Of a DNA stretch of 51,888 bases, positions 38,949-47,647 are shown piece after piece. The notes under the pieces are model-generated. The model did no database searches. It was not told the DNA's origin and saw only the letters and a program-made list of their open reading frames with translations. Source of the DNA: Candidatus Igneacidithiobacillus chanchocoensis (GTDB lineage Bacteria; Pseudomonadota; Gammaproteobacteria; Acidithiobacillales; Acidithiobacillaceae); assembly GCA_038447835.1 (NCBI GenBank), contig JAWNZB010000001.1, positions 1-51,888 of the forward strand. The letters are read 5' to 3'. The first letter of the stretch is position 1, and the number at the start of each line of letters is the position of its first letter. Made by a program: the position numbers and the translations under genes.

Positions 38949-40412
38949 ATGGTCAACTTTGATGCCCTGATCGCCGCCCTCTGGATCGTGCCCAGCGCGG
39001 CCATCGGCGCCATACTGGCGATTCGGCGCCCGCGTTGGGGAGAATTTCTCAATTTGCTAAGCGCCCTCATTGTCTTTGCGCTGACCCTCGCAATCCTCGT
39101 CGCCGCCCCCGATGCGGCCTGGGTGGGTGGCAGTCAATATCTCCTCCTCACCCCGCTTGGGGCTTGGGTGCTCTTTTGTGTGGGGGTGGTGTACCTCCTC
39201 GCTTCCATCTACGCCATCGGCTATATGCGGCTGCTGCCCGAAGAAGAGCCGCGCCTGCACAAGTTCTATGCCCTGCAGGCAGGTTTTGCCCTCACCATGC
39301 TCGTTGCACCCCTGATGAACAACCCCGGTATTTTCTGGATTGCCATCGATTTCACCACCATCGTCAGCGCCTTCCTGGTCGGCTTCGAACGCGAGGCGGA
39401 ATGCATCGAGGCGGCCTGGAAATATCTTATCGTGGTCTCGGCGGGCCTCGCCCTTGCCCTCCTCGGCATCATCCTCTTTTACTGGGGCGGCACCTTTAGC
39501 CTCGGGCCGACTTACGCCCTCACCTGGGCAAATCTCCGCGCCACGGCTCCCAAGGTGCCAGAAACGCTGCTCTTCTTCTCCTTTTTGTTGACTTTGGTGG
39601 GCTTTGGCACAAAAGTTGGCCTTGCGCCCATGCATACCTGGCTGCCCGATGCCCACAGTGAAGGCCCGGCGCCAGCCTCGGCCATGCTTTCCGGCGCCTT
39701 GCTCAACATCGCGCTACTGGGCATCTACCGGTTTTTGGCCATTGTCGATGCCGGCGGCTCTGGTGGCATTGGTCATTCCGCCTTATTGGTGCTGGGGGTA
39801 TTTTCCCTGGCTGTTGCCGGGCTTTTCATCGTCCGCCAGGATGGCGCGAAGCGTATGCTTGCCTATTCTTCTTTAGAGCATATGGGGGTACTGGCCATCG
39901 GTTTTGGCTTTGGCGGGCCCCTAGCCTTTGCCGGAGCCCTCTACCATATGCTCAATCACTCCCTCACCAAGTCGTTGATGTTCTTTGGTGCTGGCAACAT
40001 GATGCGCGCCTACGGAACGAAATTCATGAGCCAGATGCGCCGGGTGTTGCGCTATTATCCCTTCTCCGGGGGTATCTGGCTGCTTGGCGCCGTCGCCATC
40101 ACCGGCGCCCCGCCCTTCGGCCTCTTCTTGTCGGAGCTGACCATCCTCCGCGGCGGCATCCTGAGCGCAAACCCGTGGGCGGTCTGGGTCATGGCGGCAT
40201 TGCTAATCCTCATTTTTACCGCTTTTCTGAACCATTTTCGGCGGATGATCTGGGGCCCAGAGCCGGAACCCGGCGCCACACCTACCCTTCGCCTTTCGGC
40301 ATGGAATGTTTTGCCCATGCTCTTGGCCTTTGTTCCCATCCTCGTTCTGGGGCTCTGGTGGCCCAACGGCCTGTGGACCTTCTTTGCCGCAGCCTTTCGG
40401 GTAGCCCCATGA
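38949..40412 (+). CDS. Ehr/hydrogenase-4 antiporter-like subunit, HyfF-like
   Basis: EAAWKY, GTKVGLAPMHTWLPDAHSEGP, KRMLAYSSLEHMG, PPFGLFLSE. Confidence 0.9.
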   Translation: MVNFDALIAALWIVPSAAIGAILAIRRPRWGEFLNLLSALIVFALTLAILVAAPDAAWVGGSQYLLLTPLGAWVLFCVGVVYLLASIYAIGYMRLLPEEEPRLHKFYALQAGFALTMLVAPLMNNPGIFWIAIDFTTIVSAFLVGFEREAECIEAAWKYLIVVSAGLALALLGIILFYWGGTFSLGPTYALTWANLRATAPKVPETLLFFSFLLTLVGFGTKVGLAPMHTWLPDAHSEGPAPASAMLSGALLNIALLGIYRFLAIVDAGGSGGIGHSALLVLGVFSLAVAGLFIVRQDGAKRMLAYSSLEHMGVLAIGFGFGGPLAFAGALYHMLNHSLTKSLMFFGAGNMMRAYGTKFMSQMRRVLRYYPFSGGIWLLGAVAITGAPPFGLFLSELTILRGGILSANPWAVWVMAALLILIFTAFLNHFRRMIWGPEPEPGATPTLRLSAWNVLPMLLAFVPILVLGLWWPNGLWTFFAAAFRVAP

Positions 40413-41902
40413 GCCCGGCACTCTTTGCTCCAGCGGCAGAAATCCGCCAAGTGCAGCCCGCCGAACTCGAGGCGACGGCGCAGGACTGCCTTGCGCAGGG
40501 CATGCGCTTCCTCTGCGCCTGGCACGACTGGGAAGATGATCTCTGCGTGCTGCGCTACCTGCTAAGCCGCCCCAAGGATCCCCAATTTCACCTGCTCGAA
40601 CTGCGCGGACACCGGCAGCTGCCCTCCCTGGCCCGCAGCGTACCGCTGCTTGGCTGGTACGAGCGGGAAATGCAGGAGCTGGGCGGAGTAACATTCACGG
40701 ATCATCCCGAGCCCTATCCTTTGCTGATTCACGAGGGCTACCGAATCGATTCCCCACCCCTGGGGCCCGAAGCCGAAAGCGGCCAAATACAGGGTACCTA
40801 TGCGCCCCCCACCATGCCGGAGCTGCGCAACGATCAGGTACAGGATCTTTATTGGGGGCCGGTGCGCGCCGACTTCGTCGAGACCGGGGAGTTTCACTTC
40901 TCCTATATCGGTGAGGCCATCCTCCATTATCATCCGCGGCTCTTCTACAAGCATCGCGGCTTGGAAAAGCACTTTGTCGGGCTGCGCCCGGAGCAGGCCG
41001 TCTTCCTCGCCGAGCGCGTTTCCGGGGTGGGCAGTGTTTGCCATGCCCTCGCCTATTGTCAGGCGGTCGAGGCCGCCTGGGGCATCGAGGTCCCCACCCG
41101 AGCGCAGTTGCTGCGGGTGATCCTCGCGGAGCTCGAGCGCCTCTACAATCATTTTCACTACTTCGGACTCCTGGCCAAGACCACTACCCTCAAGGTGGCA
41201 TCGGCCGAGGGGCTGCTCCTCGAGGAGCGCGTAAAACAGCTAAACGGACGTCTCACCGGCTCCCGCTTCCTCCGTAGCCTGCTCTGTGTGGGCGGATTGC
41301 GCCGAGACATTGCTGCAGAACATTTGGGACGCGAACTCGAACCGCTCATCTACGAAGCCGACGCCTACCTGCAGGCGCTGCACGGCACCGCTAGCCATCT
41401 AGATCGCCTGATGGGGACCGGTGTGCTGCCCCAGCAAGCCGCCTTCGACCAGGGTGCCACCGGCCCCGTTGCCCGTGCTTCCGGCCTCGATCGGGATCTG
41501 CGCCGGGATCACCCCTACGCGGCCTACGGCAAGCTCCGATTCAACATCCCGGTGCGCGAAAAAGGCGATGCCATGGCCCGCGCCGAGGTGCGTGCCGAGT
41601 CCCTGCGCGAGGCCTTCGCCCTCATCGTGCAGGCGGCGGGACGGCTCAAAGCGGGACCGATCCGCGCCGAGTTTGCCGCGCCCGTCGGTGAACAGGCCGG
41701 GCTTGGTTGGACGGAGTCACCGCGCGGCTCCTTGCTCTATGCCGTACGGATTCGTGACGGACGACTACAGCGGGTAAAGATCAAATCGCCCTCGTTTTCC
41801 AACTGGCGGGTCTTTCCCCTGACGGTACACGACACCAACATGATGGACTACGCCATCAACGAGGCCAGCTTTGGCTTGACCATAGCCGGTTGCGATCGCT
41901 AG
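40409..41902 (+). CDS. Ehr large subunit (HyfG/HycE-like NuoC+D fusion) without NiFe ligands
   Basis: WYERE, YKHRGLEK, ELERLYNH, ESPRG, PSFSNW; L1 reads ERVSGVGSVCH and C-terminus FGLTIAGCDR, with no CxxC pairs. Confidence 0.88.
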   Translation: MSPALFAPAAEIRQVQPAELEATAQDCLAQGMRFLCAWHDWEDDLCVLRYLLSRPKDPQFHLLELRGHRQLPSLARSVPLLGWYEREMQELGGVTFTDHPEPYPLLIHEGYRIDSPPLGPEAESGQIQGTYAPPTMPELRNDQVQDLYWGPVRADFVETGEFHFSYIGEAILHYHPRLFYKHRGLEKHFVGLRPEQAVFLAERVSGVGSVCHALAYCQAVEAAWGIEVPTRAQLLRVILAELERLYNHFHYFGLLAKTTTLKVASAEGLLLEERVKQLNGRLTGSRFLRSLLCVGGLRRDIAAEHLGRELEPLIYEADAYLQALHGTASHLDRLMGTGVLPQQAAFDQGATGPVARASGLDRDLRRDHPYAAYGKLRFNIPVREKGDAMARAEVRAESLREAFALIVQAAGRLKAGPIRAEFAAPVGEQAGLGWTESPRGSLLYAVRIRDGRLQRVKIKSPSFSNWRVFPLTVHDTNMMDYAINEASFGLTIAGCDR

Positions 41903-41913
41903 AGGGGGACGAG

Positions 41914-42705
41914 ATGCCATTTTGGACCTGGGCGGGAATCAAGGCAGGGCGCGCGAGCACCCAATGGCCAATGCGCGGCTCCGATGGACAAGAAGGGGTG
42001 CTCGGCATGCCGCGCTGGCAACCTGAAGCCTGCCAAAGCGACTGTCAGCGCTGCGCCGAGAGCTGCCCCACCCAAGCCATTCAGCGGCAAGGAGAAAACA
42101 TTGTCATCGATTACGGCCGCTGCATCGTCTGCCAGAGTTGTGTGGAGAGCTGCCCCGAGGGTGCCCTGCAAAGTTCGGGAGACTGGGCTTTTGCCGTTCG
42201 TCGGCGCGAGGATCTGCAATGGCAGGCTGCCGTCGAAAGTGAGGACGGTCGGATGCTACAGCAAAAAATCGTCCAGAGTCTGCGGCGTAGCCTGCATATC
42301 AAGCATGTCGATGCCGGCTCTTGCAACGGCTGCGAGTCGGAAATCGCTGCCCTCGACAATCCCTTTTATAATCTCCACCGCCTTGGCATTTTCTTTACCC
42401 CTTCGCCGCGCTTTGCCGATCTGCTCCTGGTAACCGGGCCGGTGACGGCGACCATGCGCGACCCCCTACTGGCTACCTGGGAGGCGATGCCCGAACCGCG
42501 CCTGGTGCTCGCCGTCGGGACCTGTGCGGTCTCCGGGGCGCCGATGGACGCCGGCTATGCTGGCGGTACCGGGCTGGACGGCCTTTTGCCCGTGGATGTC
42601 TGGCTGCCGGGTTGCCCGCCCAACCCGGCGGCCCTCATCCATGCGCTGCTGCTTTTGCTCGCGCGGCAGCCGCAGCGAGTGCAAGGAGGTCGCTATGTTG
42701 ACTAG
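41914..42705 (+). CDS. Ehr small subunit: 2x[4Fe-4S] domain fused to NuoB/HyfI domain
   Basis: CQSDCQRCAESCP and CIVCQSCVESCP, then GSCNGCESE, SPRFAD, GTCA, PGCPP. Confidence 0.88.
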   Translation: MPFWTWAGIKAGRASTQWPMRGSDGQEGVLGMPRWQPEACQSDCQRCAESCPTQAIQRQGENIVIDYGRCIVCQSCVESCPEGALQSSGDWAFAVRRREDLQWQAAVESEDGRMLQQKIVQSLRRSLHIKHVDAGSCNGCESEIAALDNPFYNLHRLGIFFTPSPRFADLLLVTGPVTATMRDPLLATWEAMPEPRLVLAVGTCAVSGAPMDAGYAGGTGLDGLLPVDVWLPGCPPNPAALIHALLLLLARQPQRVQGGRYVD

Positions 42706-44662
42706 TTTTGCCGTCGCCGTGGTTTTCCTGCTTCTCACCATTCCCCTGGGTCTTCTGCGCCTGGGCGGAGTCGCCCGCCTGAGTCTGGTGGCAGGCACCT
42801 TGGCCGTCCTCGCGGGCTGCTTCCTGGCCGTACCAGAGACGCACGCGACCGCCGTCCTGTGGTCGCTGAGCGCCGAGCAGGTATCCTGGCATCTGCATGC
42901 CGCCGCCGCTTGGGTTTTGTTCTGGGGCGCACTGGCCGCCCTCGCCGCCTTTCTTTCGCCCTGTCGCGCCCATCGTCCCGGCCTCTGGTATGCCGGTGCC
43001 GCCGTCGCTCTCCTCGGCAGCCTTGGGGTGGCCGGTCTGCAGGAGGGAATCGCCTTCCTCATCGCCTGGGAATTCTTGAGCTTCGGCGGCGCAATCCTCC
43101 TTCTCGCCGACGGCGCGGCGCCAACAGAACGCTCCGGCCAGTCCAATCTCTACATGCTCGCTCTCCTCGAGATTGGTGCCGTGGCCCTGCTGCTGTCTCT
43201 TCTGCTACTGGGCGGCAGCAACACCCAATTCTCTGCCTGGCCGCAGAGTTGGGCAGCGTATGGTGGCAGCAGCTTTGGCATTGCCGTGCTCTTTTTGATC
43301 GGTTTTGGCGCCAAGCTCGGCGTCCTGCCCTTTTATGAGTGGTACCCTGGCGCGTATGGCAGCGGCAGCGGTGCCTCGGGAGCCATACTCTCCGGCATCG
43401 TCCTCAACGTTGCCTACTTTGCCCTGGGACGCAGCCTGCTCGCTTGGTTGCCCGTGTCTGCCGCCACCAGCACCGGCATCCTCCTCGTCGCTGTCGGAAG
43501 CGTCTCCGCCATCCTTGCCATCCTCTATGCCTTTCAGCAGAACGACTGGCGCCGTCTCCTCTCCTTCTCGACCGCGGAAAATGCCAATTTGGCAATAGCT
43601 GCCCTCGGTGCCGCCTCCCTCTTTCGCGCCGAAGGCTTTGTCGACCTCTCTACCCTGGCCTGGACCGTCGGTCTGATCCACCTGGGTGGCCACAGCCTTG
43701 CCAAAGGTAGCATGATGTTGGCGGCGGATCGCGCTGCCGATGTCCAAAGCGACTATCGCATTGCCCAAAGTCGGCTCCTGGCCTTGGCCCCCTGGACCCT
43801 GGGCCTGGGGGCGGCGTTGGGGGCGATGAGCCTGGCGGCAATGCCACCAACCGCAGGATTTGCCAGCGAATGGTATCTTTTCCAGACCGTTTTCCAGGAT
43901 TTCCATTTGCAGAATACGGCAGCCCGACTTGCCCTCGCCCTGGGCGGAGCAGGATTGGCCCTGACGGCGGCCATCGCCCTGGCAACCATGATCAAGGTCT
44001 TTGGCATTGGTCTGCTTGGCGGGAGAACAGAAAAGATGCAGAGACGGCCGCGGGGGAGCTGGGGGGTGCTCTTCCTCGGTCTGCTGGTCCTCTTCTATGC
44101 TGTTGCTCTGCCTTGGACCCTGCACTGGCTGCGCTTTGCCAACTGGCCGGCAGATCCAGCGGCGGTGCGCGCGATGACCCGCGGTGCCTTCCTCGTCCCC
44201 CTGCATTTTCACTTTGCCTTCATCTCGCCGCCGCTGCTCTTGCTGGTCGGTCTGCTCCTCTCCCTGCTGCCTCTGGGTCTTTTGGCTTGGAGCCATCGGC
44301 GGCAAGGGCGCCGGCGGGTACCGGTCTGGGCCCACGGTTTGCGCCAGGTTCCCGCCGACAATGCGGTCACCGCGCTGGCTTTTGCCAATGCCTTGCGGGT
44401 CTTTTATAGCTTCGTCTATCGACCAAAAAATCAAGTACAGCGCGCCTATCAGGAACGCGAGTATTTCGTTCGCGAGCTACATTTTAACTATAGTGAGGCC
44501 CCCTTTTTTGGTCCTTGGCTCTTTCGCCCCAGCGTGCGCCTGATCCAAATTTTGGCAGACCGTATCGGTCTTGTGCTACAAAATGGCTCCCTCAATGCCT
44601 ACTTGGCCTATATCGGGATTATATTGCTATTGCTGTTTGCGAGTGTTTTCTTTATTGGATAA
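42695..44662 (+). CDS. Ehr/hydrogenase-4 antiporter-like subunit, HyfB-like
   Basis: FLIAWE, GAKLG..PFYEWYP, LLSFSTAEN, PPTAGFASEW, C-terminal QNGSLNAYLAY; AGGAGG RBS. Confidence 0.85.
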   Translation: MLTSFAVAVVFLLLTIPLGLLRLGGVARLSLVAGTLAVLAGCFLAVPETHATAVLWSLSAEQVSWHLHAAAAWVLFWGALAALAAFLSPCRAHRPGLWYAGAAVALLGSLGVAGLQEGIAFLIAWEFLSFGGAILLLADGAAPTERSGQSNLYMLALLEIGAVALLLSLLLLGGSNTQFSAWPQSWAAYGGSSFGIAVLFLIGFGAKLGVLPFYEWYPGAYGSGSGASGAILSGIVLNVAYFALGRSLLAWLPVSAATSTGILLVAVGSVSAILAILYAFQQNDWRRLLSFSTAENANLAIAALGAASLFRAEGFVDLSTLAWTVGLIHLGGHSLAKGSMMLAADRAADVQSDYRIAQSRLLALAPWTLGLGAALGAMSLAAMPPTAGFASEWYLFQTVFQDFHLQNTAARLALALGGAGLALTAAIALATMIKVFGIGLLGGRTEKMQRRPRGSWGVLFLGLLVLFYAVALPWTLHWLRFANWPADPAAVRAMTRGAFLVPLHFHFAFISPPLLLLVGLLLSLLPLGLLAWSHRRQGRRRVPVWAHGLRQVPADNAVTALAFANALRVFYSFVYRPKNQVQRAYQEREYFVRELHFNYSEAPFFGPWLFRPSVRLIQILADRIGLVLQNGSLNAYLAYIGIILLLLFASVFFIG

Positions 44663-44674
44663 GGAGAAAAATAG

Positions 44675-45052
44675 ATGTTTGCCACTTTCGGCTTCATAGC
44701 GCTCTTCGCCGTGCTTGGTGCCTGGGCTCGCTATGGCCAGTCTCTGTTGGTGCAAACGGTGTTTGGCCGCAATTTTCCTTGGGCAACTCTGAGCATCAAT
44801 GTGCTTGGTTGCTTTCTCATGGGCTTTCTTTTTTTTGAGACCCTGGAGCGTATTTCCCTAGCGCCAGAACTGCGCACGGGAATGCTCACCGGCGGCCTCG
44901 GTGCCTATACCACTTTTTCCACCTTCTCCCTGGAAACCTTAGTGTTATTTGAAAATGGCGAGCCCGCCAAGGCGCTTTTATATATGTTTTCTTCCCTATT
45001 TCTTTGTGTGGCAGCGGCCTTTGCCGGTGCCTGGATATCGCGCAGCATTTGA
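44675..45052 (+). CDS. crcB: Fluoride channel Fluc/CrcB
   Basis: GAWARY, FPWATLSINVLG, GGLGAYTTFSTF; four TM helices; AAGGAG RBS. Confidence 0.96.
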   Translation: MFATFGFIALFAVLGAWARYGQSLLVQTVFGRNFPWATLSINVLGCFLMGFLFFETLERISLAPELRTGMLTGGLGAYTTFSTFSLETLVLFENGEPAKALLYMFSSLFLCVAAAFAGAWISRSI

Positions 45053-45062
45053 GAGGTGAAAC

Positions 45063-45377
45063 ATGACGACCGTTTCCGTAGTGCGGGTATATATCAAGGA
45101 AGGCGATAAACACGATGGCCACAATCTCATGGAAGAAATCTTCCGCATGTTGCATGATCAGTACAAAGTGCACGGAGTTACGGCCTTTCGCGGTATTGCC
45201 GGTTTTGGCAGCAAGGGAACCATTCATGCCGACGATATTCTGCGCCTGAACGTGCATTTGCCCTTGGTGCTGGAATTCTTCGACGAACCAGGGACCGTAG
45301 ATGCGGTCATGCCGCACTTGCAGGAGTTGGTGCCCGCCAATCATATCCTGCGCTGGGAAGCGGAGTGCGGCTGCTAG
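45063..45377 (+). CDS. DUF190 family PII-like protein
   Basis: RVYIKEGD, GVTAFRGIAGFG, LPLVLEFFD; typical crcB neighbour. Confidence 0.88.
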   Translation: MTTVSVVRVYIKEGDKHDGHNLMEEIFRMLHDQYKVHGVTAFRGIAGFGSKGTIHADDILRLNVHLPLVLEFFDEPGTVDAVMPHLQELVPANHILRWEAECGC

Positions 45378-45739
45378 TGAACCACCACTACTACCCGCGC
45401 TGCTACGCCGAAATTCCGATCGGCGCGGAGGTTTGTCCCGCCTGCGGGAGGGATATCGAGAGCTGGGAGCGCAACACCCCTTACTTCGATCGCCTGCTTT
45501 GGGCTTTACGCAATCCGCACCCCGAGGTGCTTATGGGCGCCATCCTCAGCCTACAGCACCAGGGGCGTAGTGAGGCTGCTCTACCCCTTGCCCAATGCGC
45601 GCTGAAATTGCGGCGCCGACACCCCGCCCACAGCGTGCGTGAGGCAGCTCAGTATGCGTCGCTCGAAAGCGCTGGGTCCGCGGGGGATCGAGACAGCGCC
45701 GAATGGAAAAAACGATTGGGTTCTATACTGAAAGAGTGA
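45377..45739 (+). CDS. Zn-ribbon plus HEAT-repeat protein, possibly eroded
   Basis: GTG overlaps the DUF190 stop; YPRC...CPACG ribbon with the first Cys position read as Tyr; RLLWALRNPHPEVLMGAILSL HEAT-like helix pair. Confidence 0.5.
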   Translation: MNHHYYPRCYAEIPIGAEVCPACGRDIESWERNTPYFDRLLWALRNPHPEVLMGAILSLQHQGRSEAALPLAQCALKLRRRHPAHSVREAAQYASLESAGSAGDRDSAEWKKRLGSILKE

Positions 45740-45797
45740 GCGTTGCGCAAACGCTCTACGTTCCGACCATTTTGCAGACTTGCCCGAGGAGAAGCGA

Positions 45798-47054
45798 GTG
45801 GACTTACGTAATAATTTTCTCGATCACGTCAAAAAAGGCCTCAACAACTATACCCTGCCCCTACGCGTGGTATTTTGGGATGGGCATTCCTACGATTTCG
45901 CCGCACAAATCCTGGTAACCATGCGGTTTAAATCCGCAAAGATCATTACCGGTCTGCTCACCGGCAGTACCCTGGACGTGTTGGGCGAAGCCTATGTGGA
46001 GGGAGAGCTCGACCTCGAGGGTCGCTACCAGGATATCCTCGCCGTTGCCGAAGGACTCAGCAATGCCTTCCCCCGCAAAAAATCCTCCAAGGGTGGGCTC
46101 ATCCGTAAGGCGCTGCATAGCAAAGCCAAAGACAAAGAAGCCATCCATTATCACTATGATGTTTCCAACGACTTCTATCGCCTTTGGTTGGATCGGAATA
46201 TGGTCTACTCCTGCGGCTACTTCCAGACCGGTGCGGAAGACATCGACACGGCCCAGGAGCAAAAACTCGACCATATCTGCCGCAAGCTGCATTTGCAGCC
46301 CGGAGAACTACTACTCGATATCGGCTGTGGCTGGGGCGGCCTGCTGAGCTGGGCGGCCCGTCACTATGGTATTCGCGGCGTCGGCGTCACCCTCAGCGAG
46401 GAGCAGTACGCTTTTGCCAAGGAGCGCATGGAGCGGGAAGGCCTCGCCGATCGCGTCGAAATCCGTCTCCAGGATTATCGCGACATCCCTGAACGCGAGC
46501 ATTTCGACAAGGTCAGTTCGGTAGGGATGTTCGAACACGTCGGGCGGGCCAAGCTTCCGGAGTACTTCGACGTCATCCAACGAGTGCTCAAAGAGGGTGG
46601 CTGGGTCATGAACCATGGCATCACCGCCGCCAGCCCTGATGACGAAGGCAAACATCACTCCGGCAGCGACTTCATCGACCGCTATGTCTTCCCAGACGGC
46701 GAGATTCCGCACCTCTGGCGTGTGGTCCGCGATATGGGTAGCGCCAATCTCGAAGTGCTGGACGTCGAAAATCTCCGACCCCATTATGCCCAGACTCTCA
46801 TCCACTGGGTGCGGCGCTTGGAAGCCCATCGGCAAGAAGCCATCGCCCTCGTTGGCGAAAAAACTTTTCGTATCTGGGCCATTTATATGGCGGGTTGCGC
46901 CTATGGCTTTTGGCGCAATTGGTCGGCCCTGCATCAGGTTTTGGCGGTCAAACAAAGCCGGGAGGAGCTCACGCCCCGCCCCTGGGAGCGCCGCTACCAG
47001 TATCTCGATAACGATCCCTTTCGCCTCGCCGAACCGGACTGGGGGGATCTATGA
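45798..47054 (+). CDS. cfa: Cyclopropane-fatty-acyl-phospholipid synthase
   Basis: GEAYVEG, HYDVSNDFY, YSCGYF, LDIGCGWG, SVGMFEHVG, YVFPDG, HYAQTL; GTG start after GAGGAG. Confidence 0.9.
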   Translation: MDLRNNFLDHVKKGLNNYTLPLRVVFWDGHSYDFAAQILVTMRFKSAKIITGLLTGSTLDVLGEAYVEGELDLEGRYQDILAVAEGLSNAFPRKKSSKGGLIRKALHSKAKDKEAIHYHYDVSNDFYRLWLDRNMVYSCGYFQTGAEDIDTAQEQKLDHICRKLHLQPGELLLDIGCGWGGLLSWAARHYGIRGVGVTLSEEQYAFAKERMEREGLADRVEIRLQDYRDIPEREHFDKVSSVGMFEHVGRAKLPEYFDVIQRVLKEGGWVMNHGITAASPDDEGKHHSGSDFIDRYVFPDGEIPHLWRVVRDMGSANLEVLDVENLRPHYAQTLIHWVRRLEAHRQEAIALVGEKTFRIWAIYMAGCAYGFWRNWSALHQVLAVKQSREELTPRPWERRYQYLDNDPFRLAEPDWGDL

Positions 47055-47647
47055 GCCAGCGGCAGATCCGCTCCATCACCCTGGTGCGCCATGGCATGAC
47101 CGCCTGGGCGGCAAGCGGCCAGCATACCTCGATTACCGACATCGACCTTACCGAGACCGGACGTACCCAGGCCAAGGCCCTCTGGCACTACTTTATCGAC
47201 CGCGAGCACCATTTCGACGGCATTTATACCAGCCCCCTGCGACGGGCGCGGAATACGGCCATCCTCGCCGGCTTCGATCCGCACACCCACCCCGGCCTGC
47301 ATGAGTGGCGCTATGGACGCTACGAGGGCAAGACCACCCCCGAAATCCATCAGGAAAACCCGCAGTGGACGATCTTCCGCTGTGGTGCGCCCGAAGGCGA
47401 GAGCGGGGCGGATATTCAGGAGCGCTGCCAACAATTGTTGCAGGATTGGGAAGACGCCGGCCACGAGCACATCCTCTGCTTTGCCCACGGACATATCCTG
47501 CGTGCCCTAGCCTGCTGTTGGCTCGGCCTCGGTCTCGAATTCGGTGATCACCTGCACCTCGATGCCGCCAGCATCTCGCGCCTGGGCTGGGAGCACAGTA
47601 CCCCCGCCATTACCCTGTGGAATCACTGCCCCTGCACGATTCGCTAA
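47051..47647 (+). CDS. Histidine phosphatase (phosphoglycerate mutase family)
   Basis: LVRHG, SPLRRA, EWRYGRYEG, AHGH; ATGA overlap with cfa. Confidence 0.9.
   Translation: MSQRQIRSITLVRHGMTAWAASGQHTSITDIDLTETGRTQAKALWHYFIDREHHFDGIYTSPLRRARNTAILAGFDPHTHPGLHEWRYGRYEGKTTPEIHQENPQWTIFRCGAPEGESGADIQERCQQLLQDWEDAGHEHILCFAHGHILRALACCWLGLGLEFGDHLHLDAASISRLGWEHSTPAITLWNHCPCTIR

Noticed and set aside
43205-44434. 409-aa minus-strand ORF
   Set aside because: Antisense shadow of the HyfB-like gene
37314-44662. Annotation as a true hydrogenase-4 / formate hydrogenlyase
   Set aside because: Ni-ligating CxxC motifs are missing and no maturation or formate dehydrogenase genes are present in the window
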